NCBI GenBank assembly: GCA_963820665.1
Contig: CAWGAL010000002.1
Location: forward strand, 8,598 to 72,597
Length of the DNA: 64,000 bases
Origin: an uncultured Solirubrobacterales bacterium
Lineage (GTDB): Bacteria > Actinomycetota > Thermoleophilia > Solirubrobacterales > 70-9
Direction of reading: 5' to 3'
Shown: positions 28,083 to 38,396 of the stretch, piece after piece
Numbering within the stretch: the first letter of the stretch is position 1
Layout of the letters: each line of letters starts with the position of its first letter
Notes under the pieces: model-generated
What the model was told of the DNA's origin: nothing
Seen by the model: only the letters and a program-made list of their open reading frames with translations
Database searches by the model: none
Translations under genes and position numbers: made by a program

Positions 28083-29380
28083 ATGGCGGGCTATGACCCA
28101 CGCGTCGCGATCGCGGTCGCCCTCTCGGCGGCCTTCGTGCTCGTCGCCTTCGCCGATCTCGCCATCGGGCTCGCGATCTTCGCTTTCCTCGGCTTCGTCG
28201 AGGTCGTGCCGGTCGTGTCCCGCGCTCAGCCCCACCAAGCTACTCGGGCTATTGCTGACTCTCTCGTGGTTCGCGGTCCTGACGACCGGGCGGGGAGCTC
28301 GGCTCGATTTCGTCGCGTGCATCCCATCGTGTCCACCGCACTGGGGTTGTTCTTGGGTGGGTCGCGTTGAGCACGCCCTGGGCGGAGGATCCCGCGGCCG
28401 CGCTGGCTCCACCTCCCGTTACGGCCTCAACCTGGTGCTGTTCGTGATCGTGTTTACGGCGGTCCGTACCGCGGGGGACCTCGGCCGTGTCCTGGTCGGC
28501 TTCATGCTCGGGGCGTCGGTTGCTGCCATCTTCGGGATCGCGTCCCCAGCCCCGGGGATCGCCGGCCGCCTGGGCAGCGTCGTGCTCGATCCTAACGAGG
28601 TCGCGGTGCTGGTCTCGGGTCGCCTGCTCGCCGTCGGGGTGGTCGCGCTCTACCGCAGCGCCCCGCTGGTTGATCCGGCCGCGGCCACCGGGGTCTGCGT
28701 GCGCCCGGTGTCTGGCTCACGGCGTCACGCGGCGGACTGATCGCGCTCACGGTCGCCCTCGTGCTCGCGATCTTCGTCGCGGGCCGCTGGCGCCCCCCGA
28801 TGGCGGTCGGCGCCGCCTGCTCGCCGCCGCCAGCGTCGTTTACTTCTCCGGGTTCGCCTCGGCCGACGTTCAGGAGCGGATCACCGAGCCGACTCAGCGG
28901 ACAGGCGCGCCTCCAGGAGGGCCGCACCACCATCTGGCAGGTGGCGTGGCGCTCGGTCGAGGCCAACCCCGCGGAGGGCCTCGGCGCCGGGAACTTCGCG
29001 GTCTCCTCCAAGCATTATCTGCTAGAGCCCGGCGCTCTCGCACGCTCCGACGAGATTATCGACGAGCCGAAGGTCGCCCACAACAGCTACCTCGGAGTCC
29101 TTGCCGAGCTCGGCATGGTCGGGTCTGCCTGTTCGTGCTGATCGTCGGGTTCTCGGTTGCCTCGATGCTGATCGCCGCGCGACCTTCGGCGCCCGGGCGA
29201 CACACGCATGCAGGGGGTCTCGCTCTGCGTGGCGGTCGCTATGCTCGGCCACCTCGCCGCGGGCTTCTTCGTCTCGGGTCAGTACGGCGGGACGCTGTGG
29301 CTGCTGATGCGGCTCGGCCCGGCGCTGCTGGCGATCGCCAAGTCCTCGGTCGCCGGGGCGCGACGACGGGCTGCAACCCT
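28083..29380 (+). pseudogene. second O-antigen ligase/polymerase (Wzy)-like membrane protein; several frame changes
   Basis: Starts MAGYDPRVAIAVALSAAFVLVAFADLAIGLAIFAFLGFVEVVP and has multiple TM segments. The Wzy_C-like loop is RTTIWQVAWRSVEANPAEGLGAGNFAV...KVAHNSYLGVLAELGMVG (ORF 28761-29141). The 3' end is uncertain. Confidence 0.6.
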
Positions 29381-29535
29381 AGCCACGACGCGCTGCTCGC
29401 GCTCAACTACACTCGCGCGAGCCGATACGGTCTGGACCAGGAGTCCGAGGAAGGGATTAGATGGGCACCCGGACGGGTATCCAGACACCCCTCGGAAGTT
29501 TAGCGGCACACCGTTCGAGGTCGACAAATCCGCTG

Positions 29536-30377
29536 ATGTACACGAAGTTCGGCCGCGAGTCGTTCGCGGTCCAGCACAACCTCACGAGTCACCCGCTGCT
29601 GACGATCGACCGGCTCGCGCAGGGCTCCGCCGATTCGCTACCCGCCGATCAGGCCGAGTTCGTCGCTCACGACATGCCCGACCTCCTTCCCGGGGGCGGC
29701 GAGCAGGACGAGCGATGACCGCGGGTGACGTCATCCGCGGGATCGAGACGAACGGCAAGTGGATGGTGCTGAAGCGCGTCCACACCGACCCCGAGTACGC
29801 CGAGCATGACCGAGCAGATCCTGTCGGAGGTCCATCTCCGATCAGATCGATCTCGAGGGCGGCCGAATCTCGAGCGAGTGCTACATCCTGATCTCGTCGG
29901 CGAACTCCAACGTCCCGTCGCACTTCGATCCGGAGCACAACATGCTCTTCCAGATCCACGGAACCAAGGAGATCACGATCGGCAAGTTCAAGGACCTCGA
30001 GACCGAGCGGTCGTGAGGCCGAGCGCTACTACGGCGGCGGGCACCGCAACATCAACGACATGCCGTTCAACGCCGAGACCTTCCACATGGGCCCCGGCGA
30101 CGGCGTCCACATCCCGCCGCAGGACCCGCACGCGATCAAGAATGGCGACAGCTACTCGATCTCGCTCTCGACGTCCTTCTATACGAAGCGCAGCGCCGAG
30201 GTCGTCGATGTCTACGCGGTCAACTCGCGCCTTCGCAAGCTGCGCATCTCGCCCAAGGCTCCGGGCGAGAGTGCCGCCAGCGACCGGCTCAAGGCCGGCG
30301 CCTGGCGCGCCATGCGCCGGGGCGCGACGCGGTCCGCGCGCTCACCTCGCGCCCCGGCTAGGGGTCAGGCACGCTAG
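29536..30377 (+). pseudogene. cupin-8/JmjC-like putative 2-oxoglutarate/Fe(II) oxygenase; several frame changes
   Basis: Fragments in three frames: MYTKFGRESFAVQHNLTSHPLLTIDRLA; GDVIRGIETNGKWMVLKRVHTDPEYAE; CYILISSANSNVPSHFDPEHNMLFQIHGTKEITIGKF; FHMGPGDGVHIPPQDPHAIKNGDSYSISLS. H-F-D ... H is a candidate facial triad. Confidence 0.55.
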
Positions 30378-31517
30378 GTCCGCCCGCCCGGCAGGGCCCG
30401 CGCGAAAGCCTGGGCCGCGCGCTTGAGCCGAGGCCGTGACGTCAAACCCCGTCCACGTTGCCGCGCCGCGGCCTCCGCTGAGACGAGCAGGCGAGCGGGC
30501 TGCCAGGCCCTTACCAGCACCAGCGTTCGGACGTGACGTGCCTCGGGGGCGAAGCGCCACTTGTAGGACTCTGATCCCAGCAGGAAGTCGACATCCTCGG
30601 CATCCTCGGAGATCGCGCTTCGTACGGTGTCCCTTGAACAGCAGCATGCCGGCGCTGTGTTCCGCCCAGACGGGGTCGAAACCTGTCTGATAAATCCCGT
30701 AGCTGGGGCCGATCCGCCATGCCAAAATCGCGGCCGCATGCTGGCCGTTCGTCCAGGTGTTGCGCAGCCGCAGCCACCCGCGCGCCAGCGCTTCGCGCGC
30801 GAATGCGGTAAGCGACTCGCGCACCTCAAGGCTTGATATCGATGACTCGCCTTCCGTTTTTCGCAGGTCGTGCAGGCGGAAGAGGATTCCATGTCGGCGT
30901 CGAGGGACACCAGGTCGACGTCTCCCTGACCCGGTGCGTGATGCCGTGGCGGTCAAGGGCTCGTTCCAGGCCACGCGCGACTCGCTGGCGGAACTTCTTG
31001 CTGCGGGCGGCGACGTACCTGTCCCAGTCGAGACCGGCAACGACGGTATGGGGAAGCTCAGCGTGGCCCTGTTCGACGATCGCCAGCCGACGCCTCGAGC
31101 CCCGCGCCATCGCGGCGGGCCAGCGGCTGCCAACATCGATTCGGTGGAGCACCAGGATCGCCCTGGCTGCGGGCCCGGACTCGAGCGCCTCGATCGCGGC
31201 GACAGCGACGGCGTCCTCGTCTTGGGGCGATGAGGCGACACCGAAGCGGTCGCCGAAGCCGGCGCCGCCGAAGCGCAGCGCGCGAGGGTGGGCGCTCGCA
31301 TCGAGCACCAGCGGGAGTACACCGGCGGGCGCTCGCCATCCTGCCGTCGCACAGCGACGATCATCGGCTGTCGGTCGCCCGATCGCGAGGTCGCCCAGGC
31401 ACGGAACCACGCGGGGGTCAGAAACGCATTGCCGCGGGCCTCGGCCACCCGTGCCCACTCCTCCTCGATCGGTCCGATGCCCGAAAGGTCGGTGATCAGC
31501 TCAGCCTTCACCGGCAA
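30374..31517 (-). pseudogene. FemAB/CelD-like GNAT acyltransferase (Acetyltransf_6-type); frame changes
   Basis: N-terminus MPVKAELITDLSGIGPIEEEWARVAEARGNAFLTPAWFRAW. Middle section LDWDRYVAARSKKFRQRVARGLERAL. C-terminus LRLRNTWTNGQHAAAILAWRIGPSYGIYQTGFDPVWAEHSAGMLLF...DVDFLLGSESYKWRFAP, spread over ORFs 30342-31517, 30826-31458 and 30374-30910. Confidence 0.6.
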
Positions 31518-31634
31518 ACAGCCCCCACATCGGAACCCGTGGCCACCGGGAGTTCGCCGTAGAGCCGGACGCGCATTACTCTAGTTTTGCGCAGTAAAGT
31601 CCACAACTACGCTTCGGCGAGTTCCAGCCACGCG

Positions 31635-32700
31635 ATGAAAGCCAAGATCGGAGCAGCCAGGGAGCCGCGGTACCGCCGGGGCGCTCGGCCCCCCGGCGGC
31701 ACCGGCACGTTCAGCAGCGAGGGGTCGTTCGCCCCGGTGGGCAGTCACTGGGCCCCCGAACAGACCCTGCGCGGCTACTACATCGACTTCAGCGTCAAGA
31801 CCGAAACTCCGTCATGGCCCCCGAGTGGCTCCACGGCGGCAACGGTGAGATCCACGTCGCGGCGGTGCAATGGGGGCTGCGGCGCCCTCGAGCGCTACGT
31901 CAAGGGAGAGGGAGAGGTGTGGTTGAGCGCTGCGATCGACACCGGGGAGTATCTGATCGAAATGCAGATCCGGGGCGGCGCCAGGGACGGCGCCTTGAGC
32001 GTTGGGTGCCGCTGCTCATACCTACCGGATCGACCCGCCCTGGCCCTCGGCGATCACTCAGGGCGAGGCAGCGAGCCTGCTCATGCGTCTTTACCACGAG
32101 ACCGCGGACGAGCGCTTTGCCGACGCTGGGACGCGGGCGCTGCACCCGATGCGCGTCCCGGTCGCCGCGGGCGGCGCGCTCACAGAGGTCGATGGGCTGC
32201 CGTTCTTCAAGGAATACCCGACGCGCCTCCCTGGTCCTGAATGGCGCCATCTTCGCGCTCTGGGGTTTCCATGACGTCGCTGAGGCGCTGGGCGATCGCG
32301 AGACCCGCCAATGGTATGAGGCCGGGATCGAGGGGGAACTCACTCCCTGCTCGACAGGTATGACACCGGCTACTGGTCGCGTTACGACCTCTACCCCCAC
32401 CCTGCCGCCAACATCGCCCACTCCGCCTATCACCTGCTTCATATTAACCAGCTCTCGGTGCTCGGGCGCCTGACGGCGCGGCCCGAGTTCGACTCGATCA
32501 GGGAGCGCTTCGAGCGGTACCGGGAGTCGCGAGCCTGCCGGGCAAGGGCACTACGAAAGAAGATCGCCTTCCGAATTGTGACGCCGCGGAACGCTGCACT
32601 GGCTCACCGGCTGCCATGGAACAAGCGCGTCCGCGATCAAAGCCACGACCAGGATTTGATCGTGCTCTGCTACCACGCCATTAGCGACGAATGGGCCTCC
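31635..32700 (+). pseudogene. D-glucuronyl C5-epimerase-family protein, running in frame into the first ~15 codons of a polysaccharide-deacetylase-like N-terminus; frame changes
   Basis: Epimerase-like stretches are ITQGEAASLLMRLYHETADERFADAGTRALHPMRVPVAAGGALTEVDGLPFFKEYPT; NGAIFALWGFHDVAEALGD; YDTGYWSRYDLYPHP..A.SAYHLLHINQLSVL. Downstream ..DQDLIVLCYHAISDEWAS resembles the LxYHxIS start of deacetylases and stops making sense at approx 32700. Confidence 0.55.
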
Positions 32701-33312
32701 GACGACGAGGGCGTCGGCCGGAACCCCGAGCTCGGCCCGCATCGTCACGTCCGTGCGGGTCTTGGCCGACTCGATTCCGTTGGGGATGACGTGGATCTTC
32801 CTGGTAGGGATGCCCTCCGACGCGATCATCCGACGCCGGTCGATTTCACTGACCGCGACGAACGCGTCGGCGCGCCGCGCGATCAGGTGACGATCCATGA
32901 AAGCCCGCTTTCGTAGACCCTCCATCGCCACCCCGTGCTCTTGCGCCACCAGCACGGGGACGCCCGCTCGCGGTGCCAGCAATGCCCCCCAGATGTTCGA
33001 GCCGAGCTTGTGCGTGTGGAGGACGTCGATCGAGTGCACTCGCATGTGGGTCACTAGCTGGCCCGACGGCCGCAATGCCGCGGCGGAACTCCGCTCGAGG
33101 CCGAGGAAAGGCACACCGGCGGCCTCGAGTTCGGAGCGTGCCCGGTCCTCCTCGGGGAAGGGATCCCAGCGCGTGACACAGAAGCTGGACTCGAAGCGTC
33201 TGCGGTCCAGGCGCACGGCCACCGACCGGGCCAGGGCCTCGGCACCACCAAAGCCGATCGCGTCGATCATCGTCATGACGCGGATCTTGTGGTTTTCCCT
33301 AGTGGCGAGCAC
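32700..33312 (-). pseudogene. GT4 glycosyltransferase, N-terminal half only (C-terminal catalytic half missing)
   Basis: KIRVMTMIDAIGFGGAEALARSVAVRL...VLHTHKLGSNIWGALLA...FVAVSEIDRRRMI..KIHVIPNGIES...RAELGVPADALVVG is a typical GT4 N-domain up to the linker. The following 45 codons are antisense to the deacetylase-like stub and lack the GT1 E-x7-E region. Confidence 0.6.
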
Positions 33313-33390
33313 TCTCTGTAGTTTCGCCGATATGCCCGTACTCCCTGCGGCAGCCCCAAGCGCCCCGCTTCTCGGAAGCCGCGAGGCGTC

Positions 33391-34953
33391 GTGAGCGAGC
33401 GCAAGCCTTCCACCGCCGGCCTCCTAAGGACCGTGGTCAGAGGCGCCGGCCTGGCCGGGGTCGGCTACGCGCTGGCGCAAGCGCTGACGCTGGCCTCTTA
33501 TCGTGGTGCTGGCCCGGCTGATCTCGCCGGGCGACTTCGGGGACTTCGCCGCCGCCTCGATCCTGGTGAACGCCGGGATGCTCTTCACCGAGTCAGGCAT
33601 GCTGGCGGCGCTGATTCACCGCCGCGACCGGATCGAAGAGGCGGCGAGCACAGCCGTGATCGCCACCTTGGCCGCCGGGCTTCTTTTCGGTCTGATCGCG
33701 CTCGTCGCCTCCCCCCTGGTCGGCGCCTTCTTCGACAGCGACACGATCGCCACCGTCTCCGCCGCGCTCGCGGGCCTGCTCCCGCTTCGCGCCCTGCCGA
33801 TCGTGCCCGAGGCCCTGCTGCAACGCCGCTTCTTGTTCCTGCGCCGAATGGTCTCCGAGCCAGCCGCCGTCGTCGCCTTCGGCACGGTGGCGATCATCGC
33901 CGCCTCCAACGGTATGGGGGTCTGGGCCCTCGTGCTCGGTTACTACGCCTCTGCGGTCACCGACATCATCCTCTCCTGGGCGCTGGTCCGGTGGCGGCCG
34001 CGGCTTGGCCTCGCCTCGTTCGCCGTCTGGCGCGAACTCGTCTCCTACGGACGCCATGTGCTGGCGGCGACCGCGATCCTTCGAGCCGGATCCCAGGTGC
34101 CGAACGCGCTGCTAGGGCGCTACGTGGGCACCGCGCCGCTGGGCCAGTACCGCTACGCCGACCGCATCGCGTCCACACCCTTCTCCGCGATCCTGGCGGC
34201 GGCCTCGTGGGTTCTCTTTCCCGCGTTCGCGCGGATCTCGCACGAGAGCGAGCGCTTCCGCGAGGCATTCCTCCGCTCGCTGCGCTCGATCATGGCCCTC
34301 GCCGTGCCCTTCGGGATGGTGCTGCTGCCGCTGGGGGTGCCGATAGCGGTGGTTGTCTTCGGACCGGTCTGGTACGACGCCGGCGAGGCTGCGATGGCGC
34401 TTTGCCTATACACCGGCGCGGCGTCGCTCATCTCGATCGCAACCGAGGCTTTCAAGGCCGCCGGCAGGCCCGAGCTGCTGACCAGGACCCACCTGCTGAC
34501 GGTGGTATTCGGCTCGATCTTGATGGTCGCCCTGCTCCCGTTCGGTCTCGTCGGCGTCGCCGCAGGCATCTCGCTGGGGATGGTCGCGGGCGCCGCCTAT
34601 GCGGTCGTCGCCTCGGGCCGCGTGATGGAGATCAGCCGGGGCGCCCTGTTCGATGCATCTGGCCGGCGGCGGCGGCGGCGAGCGTCATGGCGGCAGCCCT
34701 GTTCGGTGTCGAGTACCTGCTCGATGCCGAATCGCACAGCACCGCCGCGGGGCTAGCCCTGCTCGCGGCCGAGGGGGCGATAGGTGCCGCTGTCTACATC
34801 CCGCTGCTGCTCGTCCTCGACCCCGCGATGGAGGAACTGCGGTCGCTGCGCACGAACATGAGGCGCGGCGGCGCGCGGCCCGCGGACGATGCCTACGATC
34901 CGCATGCCGTCGCCGAGGAGCCATACGCAGCCGGACCTGGGACCACAGGATGA
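33391..34953 (+). pseudogene. MOP-superfamily polysaccharide flippase (Wzx-like); two frame changes
   Basis: The 417-aa core is in ORF 33503-34756, with about 12 TM segments (ARLISPGDFGDFAAASILVNAGMLFTESGM...). The N-terminal 35 aa and C-terminal 90 aa are in the frame of ORF 33391-34953. Confidence 0.75.
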
Positions 34954-35894
34954 GCCCACCTCGCTTCAGCGTCGTGATCCCCGCTTACAACGGCAGCCTC
35001 ACGATCGGCGCCACGATCCGCTCCGTCCTCTCCCAGTCCGAACCGAGGTTGGAGTTGATCGTCGTGGACGACGGGTCGAGCGATGGGACTCCTGCAATCG
35101 TTCGCAGCTTCGCCGCTGCGGACCCGCGGGTGCGGCTGCTCGAGCAGGCGAATCAGGGTGTAGCCGCGGCCCGTAACGTCGGGATCGCTCAGGCGAGCGC
35201 CGATTTCGTCAGCTTTCTCGACAATGACGACCTCTGGATGCCACGGTATCTGGCGGCGATGGGCGCCGCACTCGAGGCGGCGCCCGACGCCGGGCTGAGC
35301 TTCGCCGACGGCTGGGCGCTGCACGATGCGATTCGCAGAATCCGGCGGGAGACGCTGTTCGCGGGTTCAAGGCCCCCCTTGCCACTGCCTCCGGATGCGG
35401 GCACGCAGCTGATCGAGCTCAGCAGGGACAACTACATCTGGGGCTCGATCACGGCTCGCCGCACCGTGCTCGAGGAGGTCGGCGGCTTTGATTCCGAGGT
35501 GAACGCCGTCGACGACTATGACCTTTGGCTGAGGATTCTCGCGGCAGGGCATCGGGCGGTCGTCGCCAATGGCAGGCTGATCTTGCAGCGGGCGCGCCCA
35601 GACTCGGTCTCACACGATCAGCTGATGATGCTCGAGCGCACCAGGGACGTCTGCCGACGCCTGGCCGCAAATCAACTCGCCCCTGACGAAGCCCGGACGA
35701 TCGCCGCAGCACGCGTCTCCGCCCTTGGCCGGACGATCTCAGCCCTACAGGGCGCGGGGGGAGCCGCCGCCCGCTGGTACCGCGCGCGGCGGGTGATCGC
35801 AGGACTCCGTGCCCGCCTGCTCGAGCGTCGGCTCTACCCGAGACGACCGCCGGACGAGGTCGCGGAGGCATTCCCGGATCTCGAACGCCTTTGA
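34950..35894 (+). CDS. family 2 glycosyltransferase
   Basis: From ATG 34950 (ATGA overlap with the flippase stop): MSPPRFSVVIPAYNGSLTIGATIRSVLSQSEPRLELIVVDDGSSDGT...FLDNDDLW, the classic GT2 DxD architecture. Confidence 0.85.
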   Translation: MSPPRFSVVIPAYNGSLTIGATIRSVLSQSEPRLELIVVDDGSSDGTPAIVRSFAAADPRVRLLEQANQGVAAARNVGIAQASADFVSFLDNDDLWMPRYLAAMGAALEAAPDAGLSFADGWALHDAIRRIRRETLFAGSRPPLPLPPDAGTQLIELSRDNYIWGSITARRTVLEEVGGFDSEVNAVDDYDLWLRILAAGHRAVVANGRLILQRARPDSVSHDQLMMLERTRDVCRRLAANQLAPDEARTIAAARVSALGRTISALQGAGGAAARWYRARRVIAGLRARLLERRLYPRRPPDEVAEAFPDLERL

Positions 35895-35898
35895 GCGA

Positions 35899-37004
35899 TC
35901 AGCAGGCGCCCCGCGCCACGCAGGGTGCAACGATCCGCAGCTTCGACCATTTGATCCCCTTGTCGACGTTGAACCAATACTCGCCGATGCCATTGTTGTT
36001 GTAGTCCTCCGGCGGCAGCTTCAGCGCCCTCGCGAGCCTCGTCAAGCCATCCTCGGCACCGAAGCTTTGGTATGTAGCACCGCTCTCGATCTCGAAGCCC
36101 CACTCGGTCGCAAGCCCGCTGGTGTCGGAGACGTAGGCCCCGTACCGGCTGAGGGCGATCGCGATCGCCTTGCGGTACCTGGGGATCTTCCACCGTTTGA
36201 TCTTCTTCGGCTTGACGTTGAGCTGAAAATGGGAACCGGTCGGCCAGGAGTGGGCGCTGGGGAGGCCGGCGGCGCGGCAGGGAAGGCCATGGTTGTCAGC
36301 CGGGTAGACGAAAGAATCGGAGCAGGGAACACCCATCACCAGCGCGTGGTCGATCCTGCCAGCCAGCAGCTCTTCGCTCCGGATGATCCCCGCGAGGTTG
36401 CCGAAGTGCGCCGACGTGCCGCCAGAGCCGAGACCGTTGCCATCGATCCGCGTCCTACCGCCCCAGCCGAAGACCAGCGTGCCGCCTGCGTCCGGCTTCG
36501 AGCGCACGTTCCATAGGTCGTACTCCCAGCCGCTCGCCTGGTCGACGATCGTCATGTGAGCGTCGTGGTCGTCCTCGGCGGTGGCGTAGCCTTGGGCTGG
36601 CAGCGCCTGCGCCGGCACGCGGATTTGGTGGCCCTCGATCTCGCAGGTCCCCCAGGGACGGTTGCAGTGCAGCGTGTAGAGCGGGTCGGCGGAGTCCGGG
36701 AAGTAGGTCGGGTTGCCGGCGTCCTGGCCGGGTCGCCTCCGACAATGTAGCTGGCCCGGCCGCCTGAGAGCAGTCGCCTGACCATCGCTTTCGAGCCTCG
36801 CGCAACCCGGCTCTTCTTCGGAATCGCCCGATTGAAGGGGCTGGCGTCGGAATACGGCCGCCAACACGCTCCAGGCAGCACCTCGGGGCTGTTGAAGCTG
36901 CCGAGGCCGTTGCGGAAGCTGCAGTCCGTCGTCTGGGCGGTGGCGGCGCCCCCTAGGGGCGGGGGCGCCGCGAGCATCCCGATCACGGCGAGGATCGCGA
37001 CCAT
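35899..37004 (-). pseudogene. secreted hypothetical protein inside the EPS island (one frame change near 36750)
   Basis: Signal peptide MVAILAVIGMLAAPPPLGGAATA (frame of ORF 36552-37175). The mature part is in ORF 35899-37065 (HDAHMTIVDQASGWEYDLWNV..GWGGRTRIDGNGLGSGGTSAHFGNLAGIIRSEELLAGRIDHALVMGVPC..). I recognise no family. Confidence 0.5.
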
Positions 37005-37267
37005 GCTCAGTCGCCTGCCAAGTTGGGAGCCGACGGGACGGCTGTGAGGCTGAGTACGTGTCCATCGAGTCTCCTCGACTCCGCCCCGCTTTCGTGCCTC
37101 GTCGCGCGATTCGGGCGGATGCGAGTCGATGCGCACATCGACCAGCGATGCCGACCCGAAAGCTGGGTCAACCATGTTTGGACAATAAGCCGATACCGGG
37201 GGCCGGGGGGCTGGACAGACGGTCGAGGGTACTCGGTCCGCCTGACGCCCTCATAAGCTTTAGCCCC

Positions 37268-38392
37268 TTGCGCCTGATCGAGGTCGCCAGCTTTGGAGTT
37301 CCGCGAGCGGGATCGTTCATTCCCGCGATGACGACTCTGCTCAGTTCGGCGCGGGCCCGCGGCTGGCCAGCCGAGGCGGTGTTCGGATCTGACTCCAAGG
37401 GCCGGTCGTGGCTGAGCGAGTTCGAGCGCCGCCAGATCCCCGTGCGGTTCGCCCCGTCCGCTTCCCGTCTGCGACTTCGAGGCTGGTTCGAAGGGCTGCT
37501 CGATGAGACCAGCGAGCCGACCGTGATCCACGCGCATTTCTCTGAGCTCGACGTTCCGGTCCTGCTCGCGGCCCGCAACCGGCCCCATACGGCGGTGATC
37601 TGGCATGTACACACGCCCCTGAGCCGACAACCGCTGACCGTACTTCGGAACGTCGTCCGCTTTGGCCTGGTGGGCCGCAGCGTCGATCTGATCCTCACGC
37701 CCTCCCCAGACATGGCCGCCTCCATCCGCCGCCGAGGGGCTCCCCCCGGGCGGGTGCGCACCTTCCTCAACGCGATCGACGCCCGGCTCTATCCGCTCCA
37801 AGACCACGAGCATCGGCTGGCGGCGCGCCGGTCCCTCGGTATCGACAACGACGAGCACGTGCTCCTCCACTTCGGCCTGCATTGGAAGCGCAAGGGTGGC
37901 GACCTCTATCTGCGTGCAGTTCGCACGCTCGTCGACGACGGGGTGCCAGTCACCGCGCTCTCGCTCACGGAAGCGCCCGAGGCCCGGCGCCTGTGCAGCG
38001 AGCTCGGCCTGAATGACCAGGTGCGGCTGTTGGCGCCAAGAGGCGACGTCAGAGAGTTGTTCGCCGCCGCGGACGTGATGGTGACCGCGAGCCGAGCCGA
38101 GGCCACCGCCTATGCCGTGATGGAGTCGCTCGCCAGCGGCACCCCTGTGGTCGCCTCCGACATCCCCGGGCACAGGCTGATCACCCAGGATCTTTCAGCA
38201 TGCCGCCTGGTTCCCCTCGAACCCGCCGCGATCGCCGCCGGGGTCCGCCAGCTGCTCGAACGCGACTCCTCCACCGCTGAGCGAGACGCGATCTCGGCCC
38301 GGGAGATGATCGAATCCAAATTCGGCCTTCGGGATTGGTGCGAGCGGCTGCTGACCACCTACGAGGAGGTTGCGGCAACCGCAATCAGGTAG
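37268..38392 (+). CDS. GT4 glycosyltransferase
   Basis: TTG 37268 (LRLIEVASFGVPRAGSFIP..). C-terminal GT1 domain LHWKRKGGDLYL...ASRAEATAYAVMESLASGTPVVASDIPG (E-x7-E). The ORF-track start 37058 is upstream of the homology. Confidence 0.8.
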   Translation: MRLIEVASFGVPRAGSFIPAMTTLLSSARARGWPAEAVFGSDSKGRSWLSEFERRQIPVRFAPSASRLRLRGWFEGLLDETSEPTVIHAHFSELDVPVLLAARNRPHTAVIWHVHTPLSRQPLTVLRNVVRFGLVGRSVDLILTPSPDMAASIRRRGAPPGRVRTFLNAIDARLYPLQDHEHRLAARRSLGIDNDEHVLLHFGLHWKRKGGDLYLRAVRTLVDDGVPVTALSLTEAPEARRLCSELGLNDQVRLLAPRGDVRELFAAADVMVTASRAEATAYAVMESLASGTPVVASDIPGHRLITQDLSACRLVPLEPAAIAAGVRQLLERDSSTAERDAISAREMIESKFGLRDWCERLLTTYEEVAATAIR

Positions 38393-38396
38393 CCGC

